The notes under the pieces: model-generated
What the model saw: the letters and a program-made list of their open reading frames with translations, nothing else
The model's database searches: none
What the model was told of the DNA's origin: nothing
Shown here: piece after piece, positions 53,470-63,336 of the stretch
Layout: the number at the start of each line of letters is the position of its first letter
How positions within the stretch are numbered: the first letter of the stretch is position 1
Made by a program: the position numbers and the translations under genes
Origin: Escherichia phage vB_EcoM-Ro157c2YLVW
DNA length: 64,000 nucleotides
Sequence record: NC_050153.1
Reading direction: 5' to 3' (one strand)

Positions 53470-53590
53470 TCAGGCTCTAAAATCGCGTACAGTCAATGTT
53501 TCTGTCGCATATAGTCAACAATAAATCGCGTGCAGTCAACAATAAATCGTGCACAGTCAACATAAAATCGCGTATAGTCAATGTTGATCC
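53470..53590. repeat. Five direct iterons upstream of repA (incC-like)
   Basis: Five about 21-bp direct repeats with core aatcgcgt-cagtcaa. Confidence 0.7.
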
Positions 53591-53735
53591 CATTTCAGGC
53601 CAGAAATGGCGCGGCTTACAGCGATCCGGGATCTTCTTTGGATCTTCCTGGGTTCTCTTTAGGATCTGTTTATTGGATCTATGCTGTGGATAAGTTGAAT
53701 AAACCGGCCAACATAGCCGGTTGGAAGGAAGGGTA
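53591..53735. promoter_or_regulatory. Plasmid replication origin region (oriR-like)
   Basis: Cluster of GATC sites (gatccc, gatccgggatct, ggatct x3) and a DnaA box (tgtggataa) immediately beyond the five iterons. Confidence 0.55.
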
Positions 53736-54128
53736 TTATTCTACGCTTTCGATAAGAAGACCATGTTCATAACATTTAAGCTCATCGCCTTCGTACAGGA
53801 ATTGGTATCCAATACCACCATTTTCATGGACATTAGGGAATAACTCATAACTCACTGAAGAGCAAATCACACCAATGCAGCGATCAACGCCTTCTCGTTC
53901 TTCAGTGCTGAAAAAATCCTCTTCGGTAAGAACATGAGTACATTGCTCATCAGCATAGGTCGGAAATACATGCTCGATGCAATCCGGGTGTTTTAAACCA
54001 AGCTGATCGGCAAGCTCGAAAGCATGACGGTATTGTTCAGATCCTGGCTTGCCAACAGTGATGTGCTCAATTTTGTAGATTGAAGTCGCTTTGTTGATAG
54101 TTTGCTTTACTGTTACTTTATCAGACAT
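53736..54128 (-). CDS. Hypothetical protein (130 aa)
   Basis: ORF track. Confidence 0.4.
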   Translation of the reverse strand: MSDKVTVKQTINKATSIYKIEHITVGKPGSEQYRHAFELADQLGLKHPDCIEHVFPTYADEQCTHVLTEEDFFSTEEREGVDRCIGVICSSVSYELFPNVHENGGIGYQFLYEGDELKCYEHGLLIESVE

Positions 54129-54139
54129 AAAAATCCCTT

Positions 54140-54391
54140 TTAGTTACCGCTGATAGCGCGGTTGTAATCATTAACGTTGCGATTCTTCCTGTTAATCCCC
54201 ATCAGCATCGTTTCTGTATCGAGGATATACGCTGGCAGATCATCAAAATATTCACTGCTAAACTCTGGCATCCTGCACATAAACGCACTTTTGGGGGCAG
54301 GGTGGTTAACCTTTGTCGGCGTCGGCGTTAAATTCGCTGATCGACTCCCGGAGCAACCGCTGAGTGTCAGCAGGAATGCGCTGGCGAACAT
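54140..54391 (-). CDS. Outer-membrane lipoprotein, candidate o-spanin (Rz1-like)
   Basis: Lipobox LTLSGC then Pro-rich segment TPTPTKVNHPAPKS; reading frame starts inside the upstream gene in a different frame and extends past its stop. Confidence 0.45.
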   Translation of the reverse strand: MFASAFLLTLSGCSGSRSANLTPTPTKVNHPAPKSAFMCRMPEFSSEYFDDLPAYILDTETMLMGINRKNRNVNDYNRAISGN

Positions 54392-54728
54392 TACCCGCCG
54401 CAACCAGTTGTTTCTGAACTTCAGCTTTTCGTTCCATTTGCCTGTCAGCATATTTGGCTTGTTCTGATTCATTTTTCACTTCCTGGCTGTGAAAATGTTG
54501 CTCTGCTTTGTTCATCGTCTCAATGGTCTGGTTAAGATCCATTATTGACTTATCACGTTCCTTAACAGCCTGATCAAGACTGCCAATTTTCTCCATGGCT
54601 TGCTTTAGCTGATGACGTTCCCATGCAAACCCAGCACCAACAAGTGCGCAAATCAGAACAAGAACACCAGTAGCAGCAAGTTTCTCCTTCAAAGACAAAG
54701 CTGTTTTTAACGTAGAAAAGAATGACAT
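54306..54728 (-). CDS. Membrane-anchored coiled-coil protein, candidate i-spanin (Rz-like)
   Basis: N-terminal transmembrane helix LAATGVLVLICALVGAGFAW followed by charged coiled-coil periplasmic domain. Confidence 0.45.
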   Translation of the reverse strand: MSFFSTLKTALSLKEKLAATGVLVLICALVGAGFAWERHQLKQAMEKIGSLDQAVKERDKSIMDLNQTIETMNKAEQHFHSQEVKNESEQAKYADRQMERKAEVQKQLVAAGNVRQRIPADTQRLLRESISEFNADADKG

Positions 54729-54767
54729 GTCTTCCTCCTGAAGAAAAATTATCAATGAAGTCCTTTG

Positions 54768-55556
54768 TTACCGTGCCGCTTTGTTTAATTCATCAAGAAC
54801 AGAATCAGGAACCAAAGCGGCGACTGCGCTGGCTGTGCTGGCCTTATTTGCTGATGCTTCCGCAAGCGCGGTACCGATAGCATGGTTATAAGCAGTTATG
54901 GCTACGTTGGCGCTTTCATTCGCTCGTTCATACTGCTGTTGTAACGCAGTTGTGGGTGCTGTTGTCTGGTTGAAAACAACCCCAAACTGTTCAGTTGCTA
55001 CTTTCAGAGATTCAATTTGCTCTTCTGTTAGTGCTGGTGGGGGAGTGGCAGTGCCGCCGCCTGAACCAGAGCCTGACGAGCTTTCTGAGCCAGTGTTAAG
55101 GGCCTGGTTAATCTCCCCCATTGCAGCGACTAAACTTGATGTATTAAGCGCGTTAACAGCGTCCTCAAGCGATTTAGTAATATTCACATCACCAATGGCA
55201 ATAGAGATCGGCAGTTCTGAAACTTCTCGCTCATTAGCACGGCAGTAAACATCCCAACCAATATCGAGTTGAAGCAGCATTGACAGATCTGCATAACCAG
55301 CCAACAGGTCCGCGTGCTTAGTTGCCAGTTCTCCAATGTTCGTTAAGCCGGTTGTGGTTGTTCTGATCGTTGAAACATAGCTGGTAATAGTGTCGGGATA
55401 GACAATTGTATCCAGAATTAATCCGGTCAATTCTTCTGCAAGCAGTTTTGCTGTGTTAGCACTGTTTCGTGCCGATGTTATGGCACCAGGTGTTTTCATC
55501 CCACCGGCGGCGGCCAATTTTTTATATGCGGATAACTGGTAGTCTTTTTCCAGCAT
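54768..55556 (-). CDS. Hypothetical Ser/Thr/Ala-rich protein
   Basis: ORF track (start moved to internal ATG). Confidence 0.35.
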   Translation of the reverse strand: MLEKDYQLSAYKKLAAAGGMKTPGAITSARNSANTAKLLAEELTGLILDTIVYPDTITSYVSTIRTTTTGLTNIGELATKHADLLAGYADLSMLLQLDIGWDVYCRANEREVSELPISIAIGDVNITKSLEDAVNALNTSSLVAAMGEINQALNTGSESSSGSGSGGGTATPPPALTEEQIESLKVATEQFGVVFNQTTAPTTALQQQYERANESANVAITAYNHAIGTALAEASANKASTASAVAALVPDSVLDELNKAAR

Positions 55557-55564
55557 GATATCTC

Positions 55565-55849
55565 CTAACTTACCTGAACCAGGCCGTCTCCGGACGCTAC
55601 GGTAGATCCGCATGAAACAGGGTCACCAACGCATACGATCCCTTTACCATTGACGGTAAACCATGCCCTGGTTGATATAGCTTGCCCACCGTGCGTACTG
55701 TTTCCATCGGTATGCTGTGCATATTGCTTACCATCAACTAACACTTCGACTCCGTTGACTTTAAGTAGTGGTTCACTCTCTACAGGAGGCCTGGATGGGA
55801 ATCCTCCGTGCCCCGAACAAATGCTGTCTTTTGTTGCAATGCTTGCCAC
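55565..55849 (-). CDS. PAAR-repeat-like protein (94 aa)
   Basis: Three spaced Gly/Cys-rich repeats (DSICSGHGG…, …THGGQ…, VGDPVSCGSTVASG) as in PAAR spike-tip proteins. Confidence 0.45.
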   Translation of the reverse strand: MASIATKDSICSGHGGFPSRPPVESEPLLKVNGVEVLVDGKQYAQHTDGNSTHGGQAISTRAWFTVNGKGIVCVGDPVSCGSTVASGDGLVQVS

Positions 55850-55930
55850 GCCATCACCAATTATTTGCTCTGATTTTCGTTATTTTAACTTAGGTTATTT
55901 GTGGTCTGTATGGCGTTTACTTATCGCAAA

Positions 55931-55947
55931 ATTGCTCTAATAAATAT
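55931..55947. promoter_or_regulatory. C1-operator-like site in a divergent promoter region
   Basis: attgctctaataaatat, one mismatch to consensus. Confidence 0.55.
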
Positions 55948-56018
55948 TGTTTTTTATGTCGTATTTTCGGTACCATTCAGCCATCGCCCTTCAATGGGCA
56001 TTTGTTTGGAGTCGTCAG

Positions 56019-56303
56019 ATGCAGATGGAGCTAATAAGCCGCAAAGAGTTCGATAGCCGTGTAACCAGCGGTGAACTCGACAACTTGCAGGCTATCAAGG
56101 TGAAAGAAGGCTTTTGCCTCATTGGGAATCAGAGCGGAATAAATCGCGTTTTTATGCTTCGCCGTACGGATTTGAAGCCATTTGTCTGGAAGAACGAAAT
56201 TGGTCCCAGCTCATACGCTCAAACGAGGGGGTGCCACAACCTGGCCTTTTTCTACAAAGACGAGCTTTCTGTGGTTGATATTCAAGGGTTACAACATGTT
56301 TAA
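56019..56303 (+). CDS. Hypothetical protein upstream of the RdgC homolog (94 aa)
   Basis: ORF downstream of an operator-bearing promoter. Confidence 0.4.
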   Translation: MQMELISRKEFDSRVTSGELDNLQAIKVKEGFCLIGNQSGINRVFMLRRTDLKPFVWKNEIGPSSYAQTRGCHNLAFFYKDELSVVDIQGLQHV

Positions 56304-57201
56304 GCACTGGAAAAACATTACTATTTATAAACTTTCTCGTGAGGCGGATCTGACCGACTTAGAAGATAAAAAGAAAATGATCCTTTTCACGCCATGCGGT
56401 AGTCAGGATATGGCCAAGTTCGGTTTTGTATCGCCATTTGGTGATAATTCTGAAGTTATCGCTATGCATGGAAATGGTTTTATCCTTGTTGAAGCAAAGC
56501 GCGAAACAAAAATTCTTCCCCCGCCGGTTATCCAGCGAGCTATTCAAGAAAAAATTGAAAAACTTGAGCAAGAACAAGCGCGTAAACTGAAGAAAACAGA
56601 GAAGGACTCCCTGAAAGACGAAGTTCTGCATTCTCTTCTGCCACGGGCTTTTTCAAAGTTTTCTGTTATCCAGGCGATCTACGACGGTTCAACTAAACGT
56701 ATCTATATCAATGCCAGCGCGCGGCAGGCAGAGGATATGCTCGCGCTTATGCGTAAGTCTCTGGGTTCTCTTCCTGCTGTTCCCCTGAGTGTTGAAAATC
56801 CCATTGAATTAACGCTGACCGACTGGGTACGTGATGGTAGTGCTCCACAGGGATTTCAAATGGGGGATGCGGCAGAACTTAAGGCAGTGCTTGAGGATGG
56901 CGGTATTGCCCGAGTGAAAAAGCAGGATTTGGGAAGCGATGAAATTTCCACACACCTGGAAGCTGGCAAGCTCGTCACTAAGTTGGCACTCGACTGGCAG
57001 AACCGCATTAAATTTACACTGGACCATAACTTCAGCCTTACCAGCGTCAAATTTGCGGATGAATTGCTTGAGCAGAACTCTGATATTGATAGTGAAGATG
57101 TTGCGCAGCGACTGGACGCAGATTTCTTCCTGTTGACCAGTGAAATTTCGTGCCTGGTTGATGCTCTGGTAAATGCCCTTGGCGGAGAGGCTAAGCAGTG
57201 A
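56296..57201 (+). CDS. hrdC: RdgC-family recombination-associated protein (301 aa)
   Basis: Collinear similarity to E. coli RdgC (…[11 protein letters not shown]…KILPPPVI…[26 protein letters not shown]…SLGSLP…ENPIELTLT…). Confidence 0.85.
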   Translation: MFKHWKNITIYKLSREADLTDLEDKKKMILFTPCGSQDMAKFGFVSPFGDNSEVIAMHGNGFILVEAKRETKILPPPVIQRAIQEKIEKLEQEQARKLKKTEKDSLKDEVLHSLLPRAFSKFSVIQAIYDGSTKRIYINASARQAEDMLALMRKSLGSLPAVPLSVENPIELTLTDWVRDGSAPQGFQMGDAAELKAVLEDGGIARVKKQDLGSDEISTHLEAGKLVTKLALDWQNRIKFTLDHNFSLTSVKFADELLEQNSDIDSEDVAQRLDADFFLLTSEISCLVDALVNALGGEAKQ

Positions 57202-60200
57202 AAGAGCTGTGCTATGGATCTGTTTGCAGTGGAATTGAAGCCGCGAGTATTGCCTGGGAACCGTTGGGTATGCGTCCGGCGTGGTTTGCTGAAATCGAGC
57301 CTTTTCCATCGGCCGTTCTTGCGCTCCGCTGGCCCCATGTTGCCAACCTTGGCGACATGAAAAAACTTGCCAAAAAAGTCTTGGCTGGGGAAATCGAATC
57401 CCCTGACGTGCTCGTCGGGGGAACACCATGTTTTACCGCGGGGCATATGGTTCTTTGTAAAAATGGCTATAAACCAATAGAAAATGTTTGCCCTGGTGAT
57501 TACGTAGTCAGTCATCTCGGGCGGTTACAACAAGTAAAAAGAGTTGGTTCAAAAATAGCTAATACGGGGTTACTTAATGCCGTTGGGCAGCCTTTAGGTA
57601 TAAGAACAACCAATGACCATCCCTTCCTGGCTGTTCGGTGGAAAGCCCAAAACACCCGGAAAAATGGCACATATTTTAAGAGAGAGTTGTTGTCTGAACC
57701 GGAATGGCGAGCAGCATGTGATATGCCGGGATATCAATGGTGCGCTCTAACTAATTTCAATATTGCATTTCCAGATATTTGTTCTCGGTTCTTGTCTGAA
57801 GAACAGGCTATGTATCTTGCGGGCGCTTATGTTGGCGATGGATATATTAGGAGATGGAGAGGTAAATCTAAGAAGGCGGTTGTTTTTGGCATAAATTGCC
57901 AGAAATTGAGAAAGTTTCATTGCCGCATACCAGAAAACATATTTTCCGTGGCAAGCGAAATCCGAGGGAGCATCAAAGTAACCTTGAATGATACGTGTTA
58001 TGCCAATTGGCTTAATGAACATTTTGGCGAGTTAAGCCATGCTAAGCGTATCCCTGCATGGGTGATGTCGCATCCATTGCGTCATGTGTTTTTACAAGGC
58101 TATCTTGATACTGATGGGACACCAAGTGGTAAAGCGGGATTTAGAATTAATAGTGTTAGTTCTGCGCTTGCTTGGGGCGTTGCGGGGTTGTCACAGACTT
58201 GTGGTTATGTTTCTTCGGTCAGCTTTATTGAAGTTGAGCCCAAAAAAGTGATCGAGGATCGCGTGGTAAATCAACGGAATTATTATCAGGTAACAATCTG
58301 CCCGCAGAAATTGTCACGTAAATCAAGATTGGCTCATGGAATGCTTTTACGAACAGTCAAAGAGTTTAAATCGGTAGGCCTAGATACTGTATACAACATA
58401 GAAGTCGAAGGTGATCATTCCTATATCCTCAATGGTGCGGTGGTCCATAACTGTCAGGCATTCAGTATCGCGGGATTACGTGGTGGGCTTGATGATGAGC
58501 GTGGCGCGCTAACTTTAAAGTATGTGGAGCTTGCAAATGCAATTGACGACAAACGGGCTGAGTCATTTCTCAAACCAGCCGTTATCGTCTGGGAAAATGT
58601 CCCAGGAGTCTTGTCATCGGCAGATAACGCCTTCGGATGTTTCCTTGCCGGATTGGCTGGAGAAGATGTGCCATTTGAACCAGGTGATCGACCTGAATCA
58701 GGAAAAAGCAACGCGTTCTGGCGGTGGGATGGCAAAACCGGTTGCCATGTTCCAAAGTGGCCGCAGTGTGGTTGTATTTATGGACCGCAGCGAAAAGTGG
58801 CCTGGAGAATCCTTGATGCCCAATACTTCGGAGTGGCACAACGACGCCGACGCGTGTTTGTTGTCGCAAGTGCTCGAACAGATCTCGATCCCGCAACGGT
58901 ACTTTTTGAGTTCGAAGGCGTGCGCCGGAATATTGCGCCGAGCCGAAAAAAGAAGGAAATCGCTTCCGCCATTATTGCAAATGGCGCTGCAATCAGTGGC
59001 GAAAGCCTAAATCCATGCCTACACGCTGACATGCCACCCGGTATGAAATCGACGAAAGCCGTAAACGCTTTCAGGATGGCAGCATTTGGGGAATATATTG
59101 ACGATGAAACCGCATCGACAGTAAAGGCAAGAGATTTTAAAGATGCCACTGACCTTGCCGTTTTTAGCAGCACAGGAGCAGGTTTTTGGTCAGAAGGGCA
59201 TGGTACATTGCGGGCACGTGAGCAAGAAAGCCATGAGCATCTTGTTACATTGGCTTTTCCTGAGCGTATGAGCGGTACACAACATGCTGCAACTAAGAAT
59301 ACTTCACCATCTCTAATGGCTAAAAATCCAACAGCTGTTTGCTATGAAGTAAGAAACGCAGAAGTAGCTGTCCGCCGTCTTACCCCTGTCGAATGTGAAA
59401 GGCTGCAAGGTTTTCCTGAGGGGCATACGTTGATCCCGACGGAAAAGCGTAAAAAAGTTTCTTCAGATGAACTGGCATACCTTCGCAATCACTATCCAGA
59501 TTTAAGCGAAGAAGAGGCCGCGATGCTTGCAGCTGACGGACCGCGTTACAAAGCGATCGGCAATAGTATGGCAATACCAGTAATGCGCTGGATTGGCGAT
59601 CGGATTACTAAGGCCGTATGTCGGCAGAAAGAAGGAAGTGAAACAAAAGAGCGAAAAGTTAAACCAGCGGCAGAATTCGAACGGTCCATATTCAAATGGG
59701 CTGGTGGAAAATTTGGTGTTCTGGAACAAATCTTTCGCTATTTGCCAGAAGGGAAGCGCCTGATTGAACCTTTCGTTGGTGGCGGAGCTGTCTTCATGAA
59801 TGCCGGATACCAGGAAAATCTGCTAAATGATGTGAATGCTGACCTGATTAACTTTTACAAGACTCTGCAACGCGAGGCGCATTCACTTATCACTCTGGCA
59901 CATCGTTTCTTCCAGGACTACAACACACAGGAAGGATACCTGGCAGTACGGAATGCGTTTAACAAACAAGTCTATGATGATTTACATCGCGCAGCGGCGT
60001 TTTTGTTCCTGAACCGACATTGTTTTAACGGATTGACGCGTTACAACCAGGCCGGTGAGTTCAATGTCGGTTATGGGAAGTATAAAACTCCGTATTTCCC
60101 ATTACAGGAGATGGAAGCCTTCCTCGGTGCGGAAGGGCGGTCTGAGTTTGTATGCGGTGATTTTGCAGCGGTGATTGAAGCTGCCGGAGAAGGAGATGTC

Positions 60201-60485
60201 ATCTTTTGCGATCCGCCGTATGAACCGCTTCCAAATACAGAGGGATTCACGAACTATTCCGGTCATGACTTTAAGTTTGAAGAGCAAAAACGCCTGGTGT
60301 CTCTGTTGACGGATGCTCATCGTCGAGGTGCAAAGGTTCTCATTACTAACAGTGGCGCGCCAAACATCAGAGAGCTTTATCATGACAGTGGCTTCAGAGT
60401 GGAACCTCTTTTTGCCAGACGTTCTGTGTCTTGTAAGGGGGACACTCGAGGTGTAGCTCATGACGTTTTGGGTATATTGCTCTAA
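57198..60485 (+). CDS. dmt: Bifunctional DNA methyltransferase (N-terminal C5-cytosine domain, C-terminal N6-adenine domain) interrupted by an intein; 1095 aa precursor
   Basis: C5 motifs: GGTPC…QAFS (PCQ split by the insert), ENV (VIVWENVPG); N6A motifs FVGGGAV and DPPY (FCDPPYEP). Removing the 341-aa insert leaves 754 aa. Confidence 0.85.
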   Translation: MKELCYGSVCSGIEAASIAWEPLGMRPAWFAEIEPFPSAVLALRWPHVANLGDMKKLAKKVLAGEIESPDVLVGGTPCFTAGHMVLCKNGYKPIENVCPGDYVVSHLGRLQQVKRVGSKIANTGLLNAVGQPLGIRTTNDHPFLAVRWKAQNTRKNGTYFKRELLSEPEWRAACDMPGYQWCALTNFNIAFPDICSRFLSEEQAMYLAGAYVGDGYIRRWRGKSKKAVVFGINCQKLRKFHCRIPENIFSVASEIRGSIKVTLNDTCYANWLNEHFGELSHAKRIPAWVMSHPLRHVFLQGYLDTDGTPSGKAGFRINSVSSALAWGVAGLSQTCGYVSSVSFIEVEPKKVIEDRVVNQRNYYQVTICPQKLSRKSRLAHGMLLRTVKEFKSVGLDTVYNIEVEGDHSYILNGAVVHNCQAFSIAGLRGGLDDERGALTLKYVELANAIDDKRAESFLKPAVIVWENVPGVLSSADNAFGCFLAGLAGEDVPFEPGDRPESGKSNAFWRWDGKTGCHVPKWPQCGCIYGPQRKVAWRILDAQYFGVAQRRRRVFVVASARTDLDPATVLFEFEGVRRNIAPSRKKKEIASAIIANGAAISGESLNPCLHADMPPGMKSTKAVNAFRMAAFGEYIDDETASTVKARDFKDATDLAVFSSTGAGFWSEGHGTLRAREQESHEHLVTLAFPERMSGTQHAATKNTSPSLMAKNPTAVCYEVRNAEVAVRRLTPVECERLQGFPEGHTLIPTEKRKKVSSDELAYLRNHYPDLSEEEAAMLAADGPRYKAIGNSMAIPVMRWIGDRITKAVCRQKEGSETKERKVKPAAEFERSIFKWAGGKFGVLEQIFRYLPEGKRLIEPFVGGGAVFMNAGYQENLLNDVNADLINFYKTLQREAHSLITLAHRFFQDYNTQEGYLAVRNAFNKQVYDDLHRAAAFLFLNRHCFNGLTRYNQAGEFNVGYGKYKTPYFPLQEMEAFLGAEGRSEFVCGDFAAVIEAAGEGDVIFCDPPYEPLPNTEGFTNYSGHDFKFEEQKRLVSLLTDAHRRGAKVLITNSGAPNIRELYHDSGFRVEPLFARRSVSCKGDTRGVAHDVLGILL
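57429..58451 (+). other. Intein with LAGLIDADG homing-endonuclease domain (341 aa) inside dmt
   Basis: Starts with Cys (CFTAGHMV…), block B TTNDHPF, two LAGLIDADG-type motifs ([21 protein letters not shown]), ends …ILNGAVVHN followed by extein Cys, which is the catalytic Cys of PCQ. Confidence 0.8.
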
Positions 60486-60492
60486 TAAATTT
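60476..60492. promoter_or_regulatory. C1-operator-like site, perfect consensus, overlapping the dmt stop codon
   Basis: attgctctaataaattt followed by a partial inverted copy (aaatttattag). Confidence 0.6.
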
Positions 60493-61157
60493 ATTAGTGT
60501 AATATCACCTCAATGAATCGTGATTTATAGAGCGATTTAGCTGTTAGCCGCGACAGGCGCGGCGGTAAGCATGGCTGGGCCTAGTCCTCCCAGACAAACC
60601 ACCGAGTTGCCAGGTTGACCATGCGCCTAAGTGGCAACGCCGAAGTGCGTTACGAGCGTCCAGTTTGCCCATCTTCGGGTGGGCGTTTTTTTCAGGGTTT
60701 TCGTCATGGTTAGCGACTTTGCGGCGGTTTAGAAACTGACCATTAAAGTAAATGCAAACGATGATCTGATGATGGTAGCGGCCTAAGAAGCCAGATGCCA
60801 TGGGGTATGAGTCGTCCCCCGTCAAAAAATCGACCGCAGAGTGTCCCCGTCTGTGTATTAGGGAACGGGGAGGCACAACAGGTAAGGGCGCTGGTGTGAT
60901 TAACCAGATGAACGAGAAGGGGCCATCTGTTGGTCAGCGTCCTTTCCTGTTGCGTTTTCTTTTCAGCGTAACAGCGGTGCTTAACAGCACTTTGGGTACA
61001 GTTCCACGAATTTACGGGTATATCCCGTCATGCTGAAGGCGCTAATCACGCTGGAAGCCAGGGTTATGCATCCCCTGTTACCGAATTGCAGCCAGGGCGC
61101 GGTGCGCCGAAAAGCATACGGAGGTGGAAGCCCTCGCCGGAGACGTACCCGGCAAGT

Positions 61158-61232
61158 GATGGTGTAGCTCAGCGGTAGAGCAGTTGGCTGTTAACCAACT
61201 GGTCGGTAGTTCGAATCCACCCACCATCGCCA
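61158..61232 (+). tRNA. tRNA-Asn (anticodon GTT)
   Basis: Cloverleaf with 7-bp acceptor GATGGTG/CACCATC, anticodon stem GTTGG/CCAAC, loop CTGTTAA, T-loop TTCGAAT, encoded CCA. Confidence 0.85.
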
Positions 61233-61237
61233 CTTTA

Positions 61238-61324
61238 GGGGAGTTAGTCCGTAGGGGTAGCGGGGTAGACTGTAAATCTACTGTCATTGCGACTCGGGTG
61301 GTTCGACTCCATCACTCCCCACCA
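61238..61324 (+). tRNA. tRNA-like gene, class II, reading as tRNA-Tyr (anticodon GTA), atypical D-arm
   Basis: Acceptor GGGGAGT/ACTCCCC, anticodon stem GTAGA/TCTAC with loop CTGTAAA, long variable arm with GTC/GAC stem, T-arm GGTGG-TTCGACT-CCATC, encoded CCA; the D-stem cannot be drawn canonically. Confidence 0.5.
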
Positions 61325-61328
61325 CATT

Positions 61329-61404
61329 GCCGATTTAGCTCAGTTGGTAGAGCAGTCGCTTTGTAAGCGAATGGTCAGCGGTTCGATCCCGTTAATCGGC
61401 ACCA
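61329..61404 (+). tRNA. tRNA-Thr (anticodon TGT)
   Basis: Acceptor GCCGATT/AATCGGC, D-arm GCTC-AGTTGGTA-GAGC, anticodon loop TTTGTAA, T-loop TTCGATC, encoded CCA. Confidence 0.85.
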
Positions 61405-62135
61405 ACATAACAGGTAAGAGCATTCTCCCTTATGGGGCCTGGCTTAAATGCATCGAGTGCTCTTACCGTTGTGATGAAGTGCAGATCTTAGAAGCAACCA
61501 GAAGATAAGCATCTGGCTTCACAACATAAACCGCAGGAACGACCAATAAACGGTAGTCCGTATGGAGAACACCCCGTTGAGGAAGAGGCCTGGCCGGAAC
61601 CGTAACCGGCGACTGGTAATGTGTGTAAATGGAGCGAAATATGTGGGCGTTTAACGGGATACGGGTTGTAACAGCGATTATTAACGGCGAACTTAAGTAT
61701 TCACGTTTCGAGACAAATGAACGTGATGGGAAATGTATTGGTGTGCGGTTAGTAAGAGAATACGCATAACAACTACAACGTTGAGAACACTGGCGTAACG
61801 GGGTCATATCCCAATCTACGAATAAATGTTGCGTTGCCGCGTGACAACCAGTGTTCTCAACATTGTGGTGAATGCACAGGCTGATGTGCCGCAACTACAG
61901 TAGTGCGCGCTTTGCGGGGCTTGCTACAACCCTGTGTCGGAGTTCAGCACCGACCATCACAGTTTGATTCTCTGGCATGAGCATAACGCTGAAATAAGTC
62001 CAGTCTGGTGCGGTCTGATCACCCGCCGTTAGCTCCACGAAACGGAGCACGTAACAGGTAAGAGCATTCTCCTGTAACAATCTACAGGTCCACCAAGAAT
62101 GCTCTTTCCGTTGCGGTGAATGCGGCTAAGCGCAC
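61405..62135 (+). repeat. Three copies of a conserved hairpin-plus-tail element in a largely non-coding stretch
   Basis: Copies at about 61405-61495, 61775-61885 and 62050-62135: long stems (ggtaagagcattct / agaatgctctt; gttgagaacactgg / ccagtgttctcaac), each followed by GTTGYGRTGAAKGC. Confidence 0.4.
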
Positions 62136-62264
62136 GCGGGGAAATGGTTATATCTGTCCATTATTTCTCCTTGTTTCCACGTCCACGGTGGATAACCAGC
62201 CAAAGGACACCGGGAGGAACCCGGCACCGCAGCTTTTTTATTCGTTAAATAATGGAGTGAGAGG

Positions 62265-62501
62265 ATGCAGAACAATCCGAACAAATGTCGAACGCTATGG
62301 GTGCGGTTATATATTTATGCCGTCCTCTGTTTGATTGTGTCACTGGTTCTGTATGTTTGGCTTTTGCCAAATATGATCTCATCTAACAGCACAATACTTG
62401 TATTGTTGGGAGTCCTTCTCGCGCTCATTTACCCGGCTTTCGCAGTAGTCTTTTTTCGTGAAAAAACCAGGAAATTAATTAATGAAAAAAACGTTGATTA
62501 G
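62265..62501 (+). CDS. Small integral membrane protein (78 aa)
   Basis: Two hydrophobic helices; overlaps start of the next gene. Confidence 0.4.
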   Translation: MQNNPNKCRTLWVRLYIYAVLCLIVSLVLYVWLLPNMISSNSTILVLLGVLLALIYPAFAVVFFREKTRKLINEKNVD

Positions 62502-63309
62502 TGCAGCGATTATTTTGGGTTCTTTATGTCTGACCGGATGCGATCGGGTAGAGCCAGGTAACGTAGGGATCAAAGTAAATAAGCTGGGGGATGATAAAGG
62601 TATCGGTGAAGTAGTTGGCGTTGGTCGCTACTGGACAGGCTTGAATACTGAAGTTTATATCTTCCCGACCTTTAAGCAAATGAAGACATACGATGAGCCG
62701 TTCAGCTTCCAGATGAGCGACGGAACAACCATTGGTTACCACATCGGCGTAGCCTACAAGGTTGATCCAGCAAAAGTCACAACGGTATTTCAGACCTATC
62801 GCAAAGGTGTAGATGATATTACTGATACCGATCTACGCCAGAAGGTTGCAGATGCTCTGAACCGATTAGCCAGCAAAATGACCACCGACAAATTTATCGA
62901 CGGTGGCAAATCTGAATTGCTTGATGCAGCCCTTAAAGACATTCAGGAAGAAATGACGCCAATCGGCATTCAGGTGATGAGCCTCTCTTATGTAGGTAAG
63001 CCAGAATACCCGCCAACAGTTATTGACAGTATTAACGCCAAAGTCACGGCAAACCAAAAAACCCTGCAACGCGAGCAAGAGGTCAAACAACGTGAAGCAG
63101 AGGCCAACATGCTGCGCGCGGAAGCTGCCGGACAGGCTGATGCTATTCGCACAAAAGCCCAGGCCGAAGCTGATGCCATTCGTTTACGTGGTGAAGCTCT
63201 GCGCCAGAACCCCGGTGTTATGGACTTGGAAGCGATCAACAAATGGAACGGTACATTACCGCAGTATATGACCAGTAATACCGCTGTTCCGTTTGTTCCG
63301 GTGAAATAA
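62482..63309 (+). CDS. SPFH/band-7-domain lipoprotein (275 aa)
   Basis: Lipoprotein signal MKKTLISAAIILGSLCLTGC; C-terminal Ala/Glu/Arg-rich coiled coil typical of stomatin/prohibitin-like proteins. Confidence 0.6.
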   Translation: MKKTLISAAIILGSLCLTGCDRVEPGNVGIKVNKLGDDKGIGEVVGVGRYWTGLNTEVYIFPTFKQMKTYDEPFSFQMSDGTTIGYHIGVAYKVDPAKVTTVFQTYRKGVDDITDTDLRQKVADALNRLASKMTTDKFIDGGKSELLDAALKDIQEEMTPIGIQVMSLSYVGKPEYPPTVIDSINAKVTANQKTLQREQEVKQREAEANMLRAEAAGQADAIRTKAQAEADAIRLRGEALRQNPGVMDLEAINKWNGTLPQYMTSNTAVPFVPVK

Positions 63310-63336
63310 AAGCGTAAGCAAAATTGGCAGTAATCC

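Noticed and set aside
52236-53590. Clustered short direct repeats that could be mistaken for a CRISPR array
   Set aside because: The repeats are 19-21 bp iterons in both orientations, without unique spacers of regular length, and they flank a rep gene next to parAB; this is a plasmid origin and copy-control region.
61463-62080. Minus-strand ORFs of 143 and 61 aa downstream of the tRNA cluster
   Set aside because: They overlap the conserved hairpin repeats, lack start contexts and have odd composition; the region is more plausibly non-coding RNA or regulatory DNA.
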